Positions 43,200 through 56,893 of a DNA stretch of 64,000 nucleotides are shown piece by piece. This DNA comes from Amoebidium appalachense. Its lineage: Eukaryota > Protista > Ichthyosporea. The stretch covers positions 19,352,125 to 19,416,124 of the forward strand of contig CAVNZM010000001.1 in the NCBI GenBank assembly GCA_963693365.1, given 5' to 3'. The notes beneath the pieces were generated by a model. It was given only the letters and a program-made list of their open reading frames with translations, did not search any database and had not been told where the DNA came from. Both the position numbers and the translations under genes were made by a program. Position 1 is the first letter of the stretch, and every line of letters begins with the position of its first letter.

Positions 43200-43569
43200 A
43201 CCCACACACCCGTCCGCTTTCGGACCCGGCAGTGGTGCGCGTTTTTAAACTCAGATTGCTGAGCCTCTGGGTGGGTGGGTGGATGTAAGGTGGTGTCGTG
43301 CCCAAAGGGGCACTCCGAGAAGCTTGGACGCCGTTTTGATCACACGTAGCACAAACAAACACTGAGAGTTGTTCATCCACCCACAGGGCTTCAGCTATTG
43401 GTTTATATTGAATCATGGTGCCACTGAATGTTTCCTTTTCACAGCTACTTGCATTGTAATGAAATGTGGTGTTGCTAATACCCTTGACTGGCCAATGTGC
43501 CAGTCGGCTATTACAGCCAGAACAATATATGAGGCTATGCATGCCACGTTTATGTTTAATACAGTACAC
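42519..43569 (-). other. Possible small spliced gene or long 3' UTR, unresolved
   Basis: Non-repetitive ORF 43569-43208 with CxxC..CxxC and several AG/GT-bounded segments; no convincing model. Confidence 0.2.
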
Positions 43570-43801
43570 TATACAATTTACTAAGCTTTAGTAGATACGA
43601 CACAATCTCGTGCATGCCCCACGGTCACAATACATGAGCATAATTCTTTGCCACAAAAGAAGGGGAATCGACTTTTTTCGAGATACACCATAACATACCC
43701 CACCATACAGATCTGCCTCTGAGTCTCTATTTTCAATATGCATTCCTGTTGCGACACGACAGATCCCACGGCTGGAAACACATCTGAGCACATCGCCCAA
43801 T

Positions 43802-44741
43802 CTAGCGACGTGTCATGGTGGTGATCCACAGGAAATCGTTTACTTTCCGATCAGCCCCCTTGTAGCTGAAGAAGCAGGCAGCACCGTCCGTACGTCCCGG
43901 AATAATTCCCCATTCGTTGTGCACACAGAGGGCATTCCACAGCGTGGTGGTGGCTTTGGCCGTGGCCTTTGCCTTGAATTGGCCCGTTGCCAGCGTGTTT
44001 TTGGGGATGATTTTTTTTGGCCTGCTGGCCTAGGTCGGACTCGGCATAGACTGGCACCTGTGTGGTGATGCCTTCATGAGTGACATATGCTATGCACTAG
44101 GGGGTGGAGTAGGCCCGGCAAAGGAAGGGGAGGCGGGGGGAGGGGGGGGGGGGGGGGGGGGGGGAGAATAAAGGGGAACACAACCAGGAGGCATCAACAA
44201 GCTTACAGCCAACGGCAACTACTGATGTTTTTGTATTAGGCGGAGTGTTGTCGAAACAGTCAAAAAAACAGGCCAACATCGATATAGTGTGCATGAGGGA
44301 GAAAAAAGGCGGCTGGGTGTGGGTGGGCCGGCGATGTAGTTGTCCCTACCTGGCCTGGTTTGGTGTTGATGAAGCATCCGTTGGGGCCCATGGGGACCGA
44401 CATCTCCCTCCCGTTGAGCCCATAGTAACACTTGTATGCGCGGTTTTCGTACACCACGCGGCAAGGAATCAACCCATTCGACACGGTGTTGGCTACTCCA
44501 ATAAACACGGGTGAACCGGGGTTGTTCACATCGAAACCCCCTCTAACCGAGGTGGAGGTAGGCAGCTTATTACAGCGGAGATCAAAATTCACGTTTTGGG
44601 GTTTGACGGCACCGCCGGTGGCCTTGACTGCAGCCGCTGTGAGCAGGGCATTGGCAATCGCAGCCGGCTGGGCAGGTGTACCTGTATGGTGGGTGGGTGG
44701 TGATGTGGTGAGTACTTTACGGGAGAGAAAGACCCACAGAA

Positions 44742-44804
<63 letters not shown>

Positions 44805-45638
44805 GGGGAAGGGGGGAGCGGGCAGGTGTGCAGGTTCCTAGCACAAGACCGTGGCAGCACACACTCGAGCACCTCGGTTGATTCAAAAATCGAGACGGCA
44901 AATCCAGCCAGCTGTTTGAGAGACGACTCAACGACTCTTCAGCTATTCGGCCACCATTCTTTTGCTAAGTGCATGTATCCTATGTTGTAGCCAAGGGGCT
45001 CGTGTGGATGCAGTGCTTACCTGGTGCCAGGGCTGAGCGCGCAGCAATGGTTGGTTCCTGTATTGATTCGGGGAAAAATCCACAGTCAATAAAAGTAGGT
45101 TTCAAAGGCGACAATTCTGTGACAAACCGTCGTAAAGTTTCCTCGCGGTACTTTTTATTTTGATTATTCTGAAATAGGTTAAGTTTCAGAAGAAGTTTAG
45201 AGGCGCAAAACTGCACAACACAGACATGTACATGCCGGGGGCAAAAGCGAAAGGGGAGGAAGGGACAGCGTGCAAATTGAATGTAGTCTGACGCCAGAAA
45301 GTTTAGAGCAAGACAGTCACTGATGCAGCTAACTAGGTAGCACAGCCACTTACGCAGTCACACATATGTACCCATAGAGCTGACCCGTTGAGGAGTGTAT
45401 CTTTAGGCCTTTGGACTTCAGACAACCTTCCGATCTAAGGGAACTCTCTTCCACTCCAACTGATATTAGACCGAGTACCGCAGGGTTACCATCCGCACGT
45501 GACCGTACTTGCTCACAAGGGGTTTCAGATCGTGCAAGCGGGGGGCTTTACCTTGTGTAAATGTCCTGCATGTGCAAGTGCCGTGCTGGCCATGCCCAGA
45601 ATTGCACAGCAAATCTGAATGCCAGTAGTAAGCACCAT
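43802..45638 (-). CDS. Secreted protein with two DM9-like repeats (lectin-like); frame problem in the last exon
   Basis: Exons 45638-45552 (signal-like MVLTTGIQICCAILGMASTALA), 45168-45021, 44681-44350, 44057 or 44029-43802. Repeats GGFD..PVFIGVA..GLIPCRV..CYYGLNGRE and IPKNTLATG..LWNALC..GIIPGRTDGAACFFSYKG. Confidence 0.7.
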
Positions 45639-46227
45639 TCTTGCTGAGAACAACTTGGCAATCGACGGGTGGCCGGAAATGAAGTTTGTTGTGGTATCCC
45701 GGGGTATAATTCAATTCAACCCACAAAACCGGCCACTTCAAAACGTCAACTTTAAAGGCTGCAGCTGCAGAGTATAATATGACGGGGTGTATTCAAGTTC
45801 TTGTAACCAAATTAAAGTGCACTATTTGTCAGAGTTCGGCTGTAGACACACACACGAAGTGTGAAAGGCGAAGAGCTTGTGTGGCCTCAAAAAGGGGCTG
45901 TTGGCAAAAGTCATCCAATGATCTGATCGCAGTAGGGTTGTAATCTGGTAAAGCCAACACTTCCGCTTACGGATTCGAAAGGCTCAGCAGCCAAGAGATT
46001 TGCAGCTCACTGGTTTTATACAAAATAAACGGGTAAATATATTCGCCAACTATTATTTTCATTAATATAACTCGTTTTCATTTTGTACCACCAATCAGAT
46101 GTCTCGCATGACAGTATATCTGACCCGAATACTATGTTAAACGAAAGCAAGCCTCCACCCACATTTCAAGCCCCGAAACTCATTGACGCTTATTCGTTCA
46201 TCTGGAATTTGCCAAATACCTTCGAAG

Positions 46228-47065
46228 CAGGGATGTGTCGGTCACTGGCCGGGTGGGTCTCGGGCGGGTTTACGCAAAGGCCGGGTGGATCTCGGGCCGG
46301 GTCGTCTTTTATTCGGTCCAGGCCGGGTTGGTTCTCGGGTCTTGGACTCTTGTGATCGGGTTGACCCGCGGGTTACCAAATGCGAAAACCTCGGGTGTTC
46401 GCCCGGACTGGCCATATACGTGTGTACATGTATTCATGTGTGTGTGTGTGTGTGTTTGTGTGTGCACGTGTGTGTGTGTGTGATATGCTTGCGTGCGTGC
46501 GTGCTGTGTGTGCACATGTGCTCGCGGTGTGTGTGTGGCTTTTCCACGCATGGTGTCTACATGTGAACAGACAGTGCTCGTGTGCTTGCGGCTTACTTGA
46601 TCATATAGAGCTTGGTAGTGGTGACTAAAGCAAACACAACGTAACGTGCACAGCAGTTACGATTGTCTCTCTCTTTTTTCTTTTTCTTTTTCTTTCTCTT
46701 TTTATATTAAAGCGCTAGCCTAGCCTCAGTACTCTACTACTGTAGCTAACTATGCCTCGGCAATGTTTAAATTTATACTACCATATATGGACATGATTAA
46801 AATACTGTATTGTTATTAGTTCACTGTGCAATCCCTGAAAACCAATTATCAATCCAAATTTACTACTTATTATGGTTAATATATCATGCTTTACCCTGAC
46901 CCGGCGGGAACTGACCGGGTCAGAGCCATCGGTCGGGCTGGGTACGGTCTGACCCGCCGGGTCATAAAGCCGACCGGGTTTGAGCAAAAATGCCCCGGGT
47001 CGGGGTTGGGTAACGCCGACCCGGCCGGGTTGGTTCTCGGGTCGACCCAACCCGACACATCCCTG
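46228..47065. mobile_element. Non-autonomous hAT (Ac/Ds-like) element (838 bp)
   Basis: 14-bp TIR CAGGGATGTGTCGG (46228-46241) / CCGACACATCCCTG (47052-47065); 8-bp TSD CTTCGAAG at 46220-46227 and 47066-47073; dense subterminal CGGGT/ACCCG repeats; (TG)-rich core. Confidence 0.9.
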
Positions 47066-48382
47066 CTTCGAAGATCCGCTAAATGGCTGATATCATTGAA
47101 AGGTGAACTGAACGGGCGGCACATGCAACACACGCCACCAAATACATTCAAATGTGCCATGTTATAAAAACGGCACATGAAAGCTACAATGAACGGGCGT
47201 AAAATAATAAAATCATGCTATGAAGCTTTAGAGTTCATGTGCTTTTTTCTGTGTATCCAAAAAAACAGGTTTGGTCTATGACGTCACAGGGTCCATCTAC
47301 TTTTATCACTGGTATGCAGCTTTCATCTCGATTTATCAAGCTCCTATTCTTCAGTGGCCATATGCTGCCTGTGAAATTTCAATAGGCCTGGTTTTTGTTT
47401 CTTCATCAAAGTGGGTAAATACACACTAAGAGCGCAAAAAATCTGTTTCTTTGTATTGGTATAAAAAAGAAGCACCAGCAGGGCCGCCGACAACCACACG
47501 AATCCCAAATTCCATCGAGGCTTTTTTATCCACCGGGCCATTCAAAGGGCTGCTTCTATTTTTAAATCACAACCAAACTTCTGAGGAAAACCGTTGTTAA
47601 GCGCTGCATAGCGTGATTTAATAGCACCGTAATTCCTAAGCCGATATTTCACTTATCATTCTGCTCATTTTATATTATTTAACTACCACACTGTCTACAA
47701 TATCATACTGTAGACCCTGTGGGTATTGATTTTGTTTAGTTTTCGCCAACCGCCTGGCCGCATTCAGCCATGCACATGCGCACATTCCTACACACTCCGC
47801 AACGATCAGCCTGCGGCAGGGGTGAATGTATGGTCTAATATTAGTAGTATTACCAATAAAGGGGGGAATCCTTTATATTCAGGGGTGAGCCTATTTATTG
47901 CTACAGATTTATATTTTCATATAGCAATGGAGAGATCACCTTGCGCTCTTGGACTGTCGTTGGACAGTCGACAAGTTCAACTTTTTATCCACTCCCTGCA
48001 TTCCACGAATTCTTATAGCCGTCTGGAATGCAGAGGGCATCAGGGAAGCTTTTTGCGCAGGATGACATCGCGGTCCCGCGGATGTCTCCAGATGCTTTCG
48101 AAAAACAATAAAACAGTGCGTCACTGTCTCATCCTGACATGTTGCCCAAGTGATGGAGACCAACATGTATTATTGAAGGCTGCACGACACCAAAAAGGTC
48201 ACATACTCCTTCTCTCATCTACTGCCTTCTGACATACGCCTTTAGCTCATGAGCGCGCAGTTACTGTTTGCTCTGTTCAATGAACTGGAAGTCTCGCCCT
48301 CAAAATTTCGTCGCATTTGCGTGACTAGAAATACCGTTTTTGCAGAAATTACAGTCATAGAGTGTTACAACACCGCCCAAAA

Positions 48383-50643
48383 ATGGGCATGTACCAGTTA
48401 TTCGTAGCCGTGTTGGCCTTGCACACGAGCAACCATGTGCATGCCATGACCATCGCACAAGACTCTCCCACCGGCCACCACACCATCAACGCACGCGGCG
48501 TCGTGGGCGCAAATGTGCCGTCCCTCTTCGACCCCAGAGAGGTGAATGCGCCTGCAAACATGATGGCAGCCCAGAGCATCATCAAGGCAAGCGCGGATAA
48601 ATACGGCCATGCACACGTGGGCCCTGGCAACTCCGGTGGGTCATCAGCACAGGGAGTGGGGGCTATGGGTGTGGGCACACCTTCATCATCAGGGCCTACA
48701 CCAATTACACCCTTTACGATTAGCAGCGTCGCCGGCGCCGGGTTGGTGATGAGCAATGCCCCACAGGTGAAAATAAACCTTGGAAGTGGTATGGGTGAGT
48801 TCATTTTGACGCGCAAGGCCACCAGGGTAGGGCTGCAACGGTTCGGAAACCACACCGTGTGGTCGGGCCATGTGGTGGGTGTGCCAGGCACAAACGCAAA
48901 CCTCGTGCGAACTGCCTCCGGTGCGTTTTACGGCTCTCTATCTCTTCGTGTCAACAACACACTGCGTCACTTTGAGGTTCTGCCGGAGGGGACAGGGAAG
49001 TCGGTCGTCTATGAGCGAAAGGATGGCTCGAAGCTCTCTCCAAGCACTTTCTCCACCAAGAAGTTCCCGGAGAAGCCCAAGGCTGGGGGTGTTGGTGTTA
49101 GCAGCGTGGCGGCTGCGGCTGCGGGTGGAGCTGTTGGGGCAAAGAAGGTGTCAAAGAAAAACGACCCGGAAGATGTTATTGATGTTATGTGCATCTATAC
49201 TTCGGTGAGTGACCTTTACTGGCATCCCCCCGGGCCGGCAAAAAGAAAGAAAAAGAAGAAGTAAAGGAAGAAAGGAAGAAAGAAGGAAGGAAAGGAAAAA
49301 AAGAAAAGGTGAAAACGACCATCATCACAACCCAAGATTGATTGAAATATCTGAAAACTCTATCCCATCTTCTCCCTGCCTTGCCTTGCTTTTTCTGGCT
49401 TTCTGGTAGAATTATCTGTGGTCGCACGGTATTTCAACCTTCGATACTTACCTTGATAGTAAGACTGTCATTCCGAAATCGATCGGCACTATCCATTATA
49501 CTCTTTAGCCAAACCCGTCTAATCTACACCCCCCCCCCCCCCCCCCCTCTCCCCCCCCCCCTCCAACCTCGCTCCAACCCAAAACAAAACACAGACACTT
49601 GTGGACCAATACGGAGCTGACGCCATGGAAGCACAAATCGTGGCTGAGATCTCCAAGATCAACACAGTGATCGAAAACAGCAACGTGCCCACGACCCTGA
49701 ACATTGTTTGGTTGGGTGTGTGGGACAACTACGATGACCCACACGACCCATGGAAGACCCTGGAAGATCTGTCCACGGGGGATGTTGGCCAGGACTTGAG
49801 GGCGGAGAGAATTCGCGCACGTGCAGACTTGGTGCAGGTAATTAATTGGCCTTTCCCTCACTCTTCCTACACTACTCTTCTTTTAACCCTTGTACCCCCC
49901 CTCCTCCCCCCCCCCCCCCCTCCCCCCCCCCCCTCCTTCCCCCCTCCCCCCCCCCCCCCCCCCCAAAAAAAAAAAAAAAAAAAAAAAAGGCTTTACACGT
50001 TTCTCTCGTCTTAGGACATTTTTCTCAGGTATCCTTTTTTGTGTAATCAACATATAATTGCTAACCGATTTTTTTTTTCACCTTTGCAGGTTTACACGTG
50101 CGACTACGGCGAATGCCGTGGTGCCGCATACCAGTTTGGCCCCGACACACCTGATGGCTGGGACGGCGGCTACTCCCTCATCACCCAGGCATGTGTCGGC
50201 CAATGGCAGGGCGCCAAACAGATGGGCTTCACCTTCGGTCTGGGCTCGGACAAAGATAGCCAGGGAGGAGGGGATGGTGGGGACAACTCGGAAAATGAGG
50301 GGGATGGAAGCGATAATGGGAGCACAAACGAGCCCAGCACGCCCTATGCTTATGCATACCGATACTGCGAACAGAACGACAGATATATGCCGAACTTCGG
50401 GTCAGTCATGGCTGAGCCCTGTGGAGATTGGTACGAGTCTGTGCCTGTGTATTCAAACCCCGACTACTACCAGTACAACCTGCCCCTGGGTGCCGATGAA
50501 GAGGCAGACAATGCGCGTGCTTTAACTGAGAACCTGTTAAAGATCGCTAACTTCATGAACCGTACGTATCCTATCCTATCCTCGCCCTTCTCCCACCTTC
50601 CTCCCCCCCCTCTCCCCCCCTTCCCCCCCCCCCCCCCTCCAGA

Positions 50644-50737
<94 letters not shown>

Positions 50738-51408
50738 TTGATGATGGACTCTGCTTATGATGCATCTTCACCGTATAACTTTGCAATAACTTCATTGATG
50801 TGTTTGCCAGGTATGTGTACTTTCTACTGTACTGCCGACCAACTAGAGTGGCGTACAGAACCCGACGCTCCACATGTGCATGACACTTACACAATTCGTG
50901 CGGATGTTCCTCTACGTGAGACTCACACATACCTCCCACAGAAAACGAAGACAACTTCGAGCTGGAATGCACCGCGAACAAACCGTCCAATCCGATTCTG
51001 GCCGGGTTCCAACTGGGGCAAAACAACCCCATGTACCTCGGAGTTGCAAAAGACGAAAAGAACGGAGATATGCCGTGCAAGGTGCAGAACGGATGGTGCT
51101 GTTTTGCCGTTGATAACGATGAAAGTTGTCTACCCATGGGTGATGACGCGTGCTATGTCACCCCCACCGGAAAAAAGAAGATTAACTATGTGATGGCGAA
51201 AAATAAGAGCAAGGATAATATTCCGGACGGTGCTATTGAGAGTGGATATGATATTGATGGTGATTTTGCGATTTATAGCGCTATGTGTGTGGGCGCAAAC
51301 TCTGGCGTGGTGGCGGGAAAGACTGATGGTGGGACGTGTTGGTATTCTCTCGGCGGCAACCAGCTTGCGTCAAAGAGCTTTATCTGGGTTATCACTGTGA
51401 ATGCCTAG
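48383..51408 (+). CDS. Secreted reprolysin-like (M12B-like) pseudo-metalloprotease fused to two DM9-like repeats, ~667 aa
   Basis: Exons 48383-49204, 49595-49837, 50090-50561, 50942-51408. Signal peptide; VIDVMCIYT, RADLVQV, GSVMA (Met-turn), VPVYSNP, DNARAL..IANF motifs; zinc motif position reads KQMGFTFGLGSD; C-terminal IPDGAIESGYD..IY..GVVAGKT..CWYSLGG. Confidence 0.8.
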
Positions 51409-51902
51409 AAATTCGGTAGTGTGTTTTGTGTTTGCACGAAAAAACGGAAAAGAAAAAAGTATCATGCTCCTTCTCTTCTCTCCTCGGTGACCTCGACCGT
51501 AAAGGGAGTGTATAGTAATGCAATCAGTAGGTACAGAACCAAATGTCAGCATTTCAATATACTTTCATCTCCTGTTTTCTTGTGTGCTGTAAACGAAGTT
51601 CAGCGAATTTGGTTATGAAATTATAATGATATGATGTTTACCATTGGCAATTTGTAGTTCCCGTGTTTGCACATAGACAGAATATATTCTCAGTATTTGA
51701 TGGTTGTAGATAAGTGATGCAGCGGTACACACACAAAGCCAGCCCAAAGATAGGCATATGCGCTGCGCTGGCACAATAATGACCCTGTAAATGTAAATAT
51801 CCCAATATTTGAGGTATTACATGTATTGTTCAGAAATACAGTGTCTGAAAAGCAGCCTCTGCATTGGTCCCCTGCCCCCCCCCCCCCCCCCCCCCCCTCC
51901 CC

Positions 51903-51946
<44 letters not shown>

Positions 51947-53028
51947 TTCCTCCCAATCCTGCCCTACCGAACGCCTCTCCCCAACACATCACGATTAAAC
52001 ACACACACACACACACATGACACACAAACACACGCACGCGCGCACACACACACACAAACACATGCACGCACGCACGCCACACACATGCATTTGTACACAT
52101 AAACACATTCAATGAAAGTGTGATGTATCCTGTATTCGACTGCAACATGTGTAAGACCGCCTGTACAATTGGTGTACGGGCGAGGTGATGTGACAACAGT
52201 GAAAGCATAGAATAATCTCTGCCTGTCGGTATCGTTTACCTGGCCCTGCCTGCCTATGTATACGCCTACGAATATGAAGGGGTGGGTTGAATTTGAAGGG
52301 CTCGCAAGCTTTGACGAGGACCCCCATTTCTCCTCCCTCCACACGGAGGAGCGGGAGCGGGGGAGGGGGGGGGGGGGGGGGGAGGATGCTCATGCATTTG
52401 GTTGTGAGGATTTACGGAGGCGGGTTGGAGAGCGGGCCGGGATCTAGGGGGGGAGGAGGGGGAGGCGCGGGAGGAGAGATGTTGAGGGGAGGTGCATGAG
52501 GGGGATGCCGGAGGGAGGAGTGCTCATGGATTTCAACGAGGTTGTGAGGATTTCAACTCAGCCATGATTCATCCTTTAACTACAATCAGTACGTAGCGTT
52601 ATATGCACTGTTACGAGTACGGATGCCTGTATACCGTATTAGGGGATAATCAAAGGTTTAGTAGTATTTGGATCTATATACGTATCTGCAAGCGTCATGC
52701 TGAAAATGTATCACATCATTCGCCTGCATTGCAGCTACGCGTAGGGCGCTGCGGCCAACTGTCGCGTCGCTGTACATGTTGCACAATAACTGAGAACTGT
52801 ACATGTGTGCAAATTGAAGGCATGCATACATGTAGTCCTCAGACTTCGTGTCTATGTGTGCTGGAATGGTGTATTTAAGTATTTATGTTCAGGTATCGGT
52901 GTGGTTGCATGCAGGCCGGAGAATCAATGGGTGATTCCAGATTTCAATGAAGGGGTAGGTGTGTTTGAGGGGGAATGGATGGTATATATCTGGGGTGGTG
53001 GTGGTGCACGCGGTGATGGTGTGTGTGT

Positions 53029-53059
<31 letters not shown>

Positions 53060-53711
53060 GGGGGGGGGGGAGGGGAGGGAGGGAGGGAGGGAGGGAGGGA
53101 GAGAGAGAGAGTGGGGTTCTGAGCAAATCGTCGAAAAAAGCTCACACAGGCACCATTTGCGCACCAGAAAACTTTATTGCGGATGTGTAACTTTGTGTTA
53201 CTAGTACTAAGCATCGGATACCGAAGATTACGGCACGACACCCAGGAGAGCGCACTAATATATCATTAATAGGTATGTGGTTACGCGCGTTTAATTTATG
53301 TTTCAGAAGCCAATTGGCCAAAGCTTAACTAAAGGTCGGTCCTAACAGTTATAACATTATTCCACATGTTGGCAGCTTTTCGTCAGTTCCGCCTGTACAA
53401 AGAGGAAAAAAAACAAAACAATAAACAACTTACACCATACTGAAATCGCCAACAATGCAACTGGGAGTGTTTTTTTAAAAAAATGGACGATTGAAGAAAT
53501 TCTAAATTTATATCACGGAATTATGCTAACACACCGTGGGCATTCAATCAGTTAAATATTCGACAAGTTTCATGATGAAAAGGGAAAAGGCACACCAACC
53601 CAAGCAAAGATTGCGAGAGAAGGGCAAAAAGAAACTAAAGGTGAAAAGAATGGAAGTGAATTCTTTTTATACAAAAGGAAGGCCAAAAAGGAAGAGCAAA
53701 ACATGTCTATT

Positions 53712-54118
53712 CTAGACGCGAACCAACGTTGGGCCCGTATACCACCTACTCAGCGTTACCATCCTCACAAAAAGAGGTGGCCGGATACCTCCAATACCCC
53801 CAGCCGGTCTCTCATTGGCCATCTGAGGCACAACAATCACAGGCACCGACGAAGGCCCCGAGCTTGATTGGCCCCCAGCTGCAGTTTCCATTAGACCCCC
53901 ACCCGAATTTGCAGCGGCGGGGAGGCATCTAAGGCGGGGGGGCTCGGAATCGGATGGGGTATTTGGGGCCAGGGAGGTGAGCACGGTCTTGCAGTAGGGG
54001 CACTTGGCGGTAGTCACTAGCCATTGGTCCACACATGCGGGGTGGAACACATGGGTGCAGGGTAGGCGCCGCACTTGCTCTCCCTCCTGAGTCGTTCACG
54101 CATGCTCGTGTGAGAATA

Positions 54119-54197
<79 letters not shown>

Positions 54198-54659
54198 CAA
54201 GAACCTCCCCAAACCTATCGAACCCCCCCCCCCCCCCCCCTCTCCCCTCCCCCCCCCCCCCCCCCCCCACCCATCACTACCGAAAGACGAAAACTCACAT
54301 TTGAGTTTGCCAGGCACCAAATGCAGCTAGCCGTCCTTTCTACAAGGCAGTTAGTCCACGCTTAAATGAAGGTGCGTAAACAGTCTACGGTGTAATGTAT
54401 TCTTCCGAAGCACTCTTGGGTGCCCCTATATCCTTCGTCCACCCCTTAAATATCGCTAAACACATACTCTTGTTCCTTTTCTTCTACCCCAACTTCTGGA
54501 TTCGGGGTGTCTGATCAGACGAGAGGTATACAATGTGTTACAGAGTACAAATGATGCATTCATGACGGACAACACAATACAGGGGGGTGGGCGGGCGGGC
54601 GGGTAAGGAGTGAAGGTTATTTTTTTTCCCCCCCTCTTTCTTTTTCTTTCTTTCTTTTT

Positions 54660-54739
<80 letters not shown>

Positions 54740-54938
54740 CACTACACACCTCATAATCCTCCAAGCAGATACCACAACCACCACAAAAGACCACCCCCTG
54801 ACTCTCCGGGTCATCCTTCTCAGTAGGTTTGCGGTATTGAAGCAACGGCAGACCTGTCACTGCCTTTGTTCTCAGCTGCCTCAGTTCAACATCCGCATCA
54901 GATTCCAATACTTGAACACGTGTATCCCCTTGACGTTG

Positions 54939-54994
<56 letters not shown>

Positions 54995-56855
54995 GCATGA
55001 TAATTTGCAGAGAGGGAAGGAGGGAGAGTGGGGAGGGGGGAAGGAGTTTGAGGCAAAACGATCTGCATGTATTCAAAAAAAGACGAACGGATAATGAGAC
55101 GAACGGAGAGAGGGGAGAGAGAGAGGGGGGGGGGGGGGGGAGGGGGGGGGGGAGGGAGGGAGGGGGAGAGAAAGGGAGAGAGGGGGGAGGGGGAGAGAGA
55201 GAGACAAAAAGAGAAAGAGAGAGGGAGGGAGAGAGAGAGAGGGGGGGGGGGGGGGGGAGAAGGGAGGGAGGGAGGGAGGGATGTTGGCCGCAGTGTTTAC
55301 GATGGGCAAGAGTGCAGTCTGCAAGCAGCAAAAACAAACAACAACATGGGTCTATGTGCAACCGAACAGATACATGGGTGTACTTCTTTGATAGGGGATG
55401 GATCTCTCTCGTACCGTTTTCCCACAACATCATTCAGCTCCTAGCTACTTGTCTCTCCCTAGGTGTGCTTTGGGATACCCATATGCTCGCGCATACAAGT
55501 AAATCAGAGAATTTGCCGATGCCATGCTTTGCCACTTCTTAGTTCTAAATCTTACCCCCCCCCCCCCCCCCCCCATAATAATAAAAATAACAATCGTAAT
55601 AATAATAACAACTAGATAATTAAAAAAAAATTAAAGAGAAAACACACGTTTTTCCCATGTGGTAATCCCTTTGCTCAAATGCTAGCACACAAGTACGCGC
55701 GCGCGTGTGTGTGTGTGTGTGTGCGCGCGTGCGCGTGTGTTTGTGTGTATTTCTGTGCGTTTGTGTGTGTTCGCGTACACGCACATGTTTGGCGTGCATG
55801 TGTACTTGTGCAAGAGTGCGTGGTGGGACGTAAGTAACCATGGGGGTTTTCAACATACCAGAGCATATTTCCGTGCTAAGTACAGCATCTGCCACATGAC
55901 GACTGTAGCAAACAGCAACCCGAGCACCATTAGCACCATTCTCAGCTTGTTGCTCGGAGGGTTCTCTTTTTCTCCGCTCTCTCCCTCCTTGCTTACCCCG
56001 ACCAATAAAGCACCGTAGGTGTTTCCTCCTCCCGAAGCAGACGCAGTGAGATAAGAGAGGATGGATTGGTAGGTGGTGGCATTTACGCAAATGAAGGGGA
56101 TGGGGCGCCTTGCTGTTATGTTCTGTGGAGTATTGTTATGTAAGTGTTGGAATGAGGCCGGCCAAGTCCCTTCTTTTTTCCACGTATGATTTTGGTTTGT
56201 GTGTGGATGTGTGTGTGGAATCATGATATCGGAACGAATGGAGGCTTTGTGCCATGCACTTGCTAGGTTGTGCCTGAATGCACAGAATAAGACAAACACC
56301 CCTTCTTATAGTTTGTGTTGCAGTTTCTATTCAGTGACTTTTTTTTTATTTCCTTCCCAAATTTTCCTAGCCTTTTTCTCCTTTTTTTTATTACTATCAT
56401 TAATTAGCTGGCAGGAGGAGATATGCATCAGAACTTAGCACACCAACACAACCTGCAAAAGGTGTAGGGGCAGCCATCTGAGCACAGGTGTACAGAGGGA
56501 AGCACCAAGATATAAACCCAAACCCACAAAGACCCACACACCTGTGGTGGCCAGTTAGTCTCATCATAGCTGATGGTCGTATTGTCCCCCACCAATCCCG
56601 TCTGATTTCCCTTAACCCCGGGAATGTTTTTCCTGGATTCACTACTTAGGGCCTGCGCGTTTCCATCATTCGACTTTGTTGAATTGCTTTCGATTTTTTG
56701 AACCATTTCCGGGCCAATGATCAAGCCACTTGCACCGGAAAACCAGGCATTTTCCATTTTTTGTTGTATTGGACAACCCCCAGCCATGGTAAGAGCCATC
56801 CATGCCCGACCGGAAGAAGGGCGGCTGAGAGGACCACAGGCGAGAGTTGGAACCG

Positions 56856-56893
<38 letters not shown>

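Noticed and set aside
50029-50037. GTATCCTTT U12-type donor consensus inside an intron
   Set aside because: No U12 branch site, and the upstream 14-nt micro-exon would break the frame; likely chance
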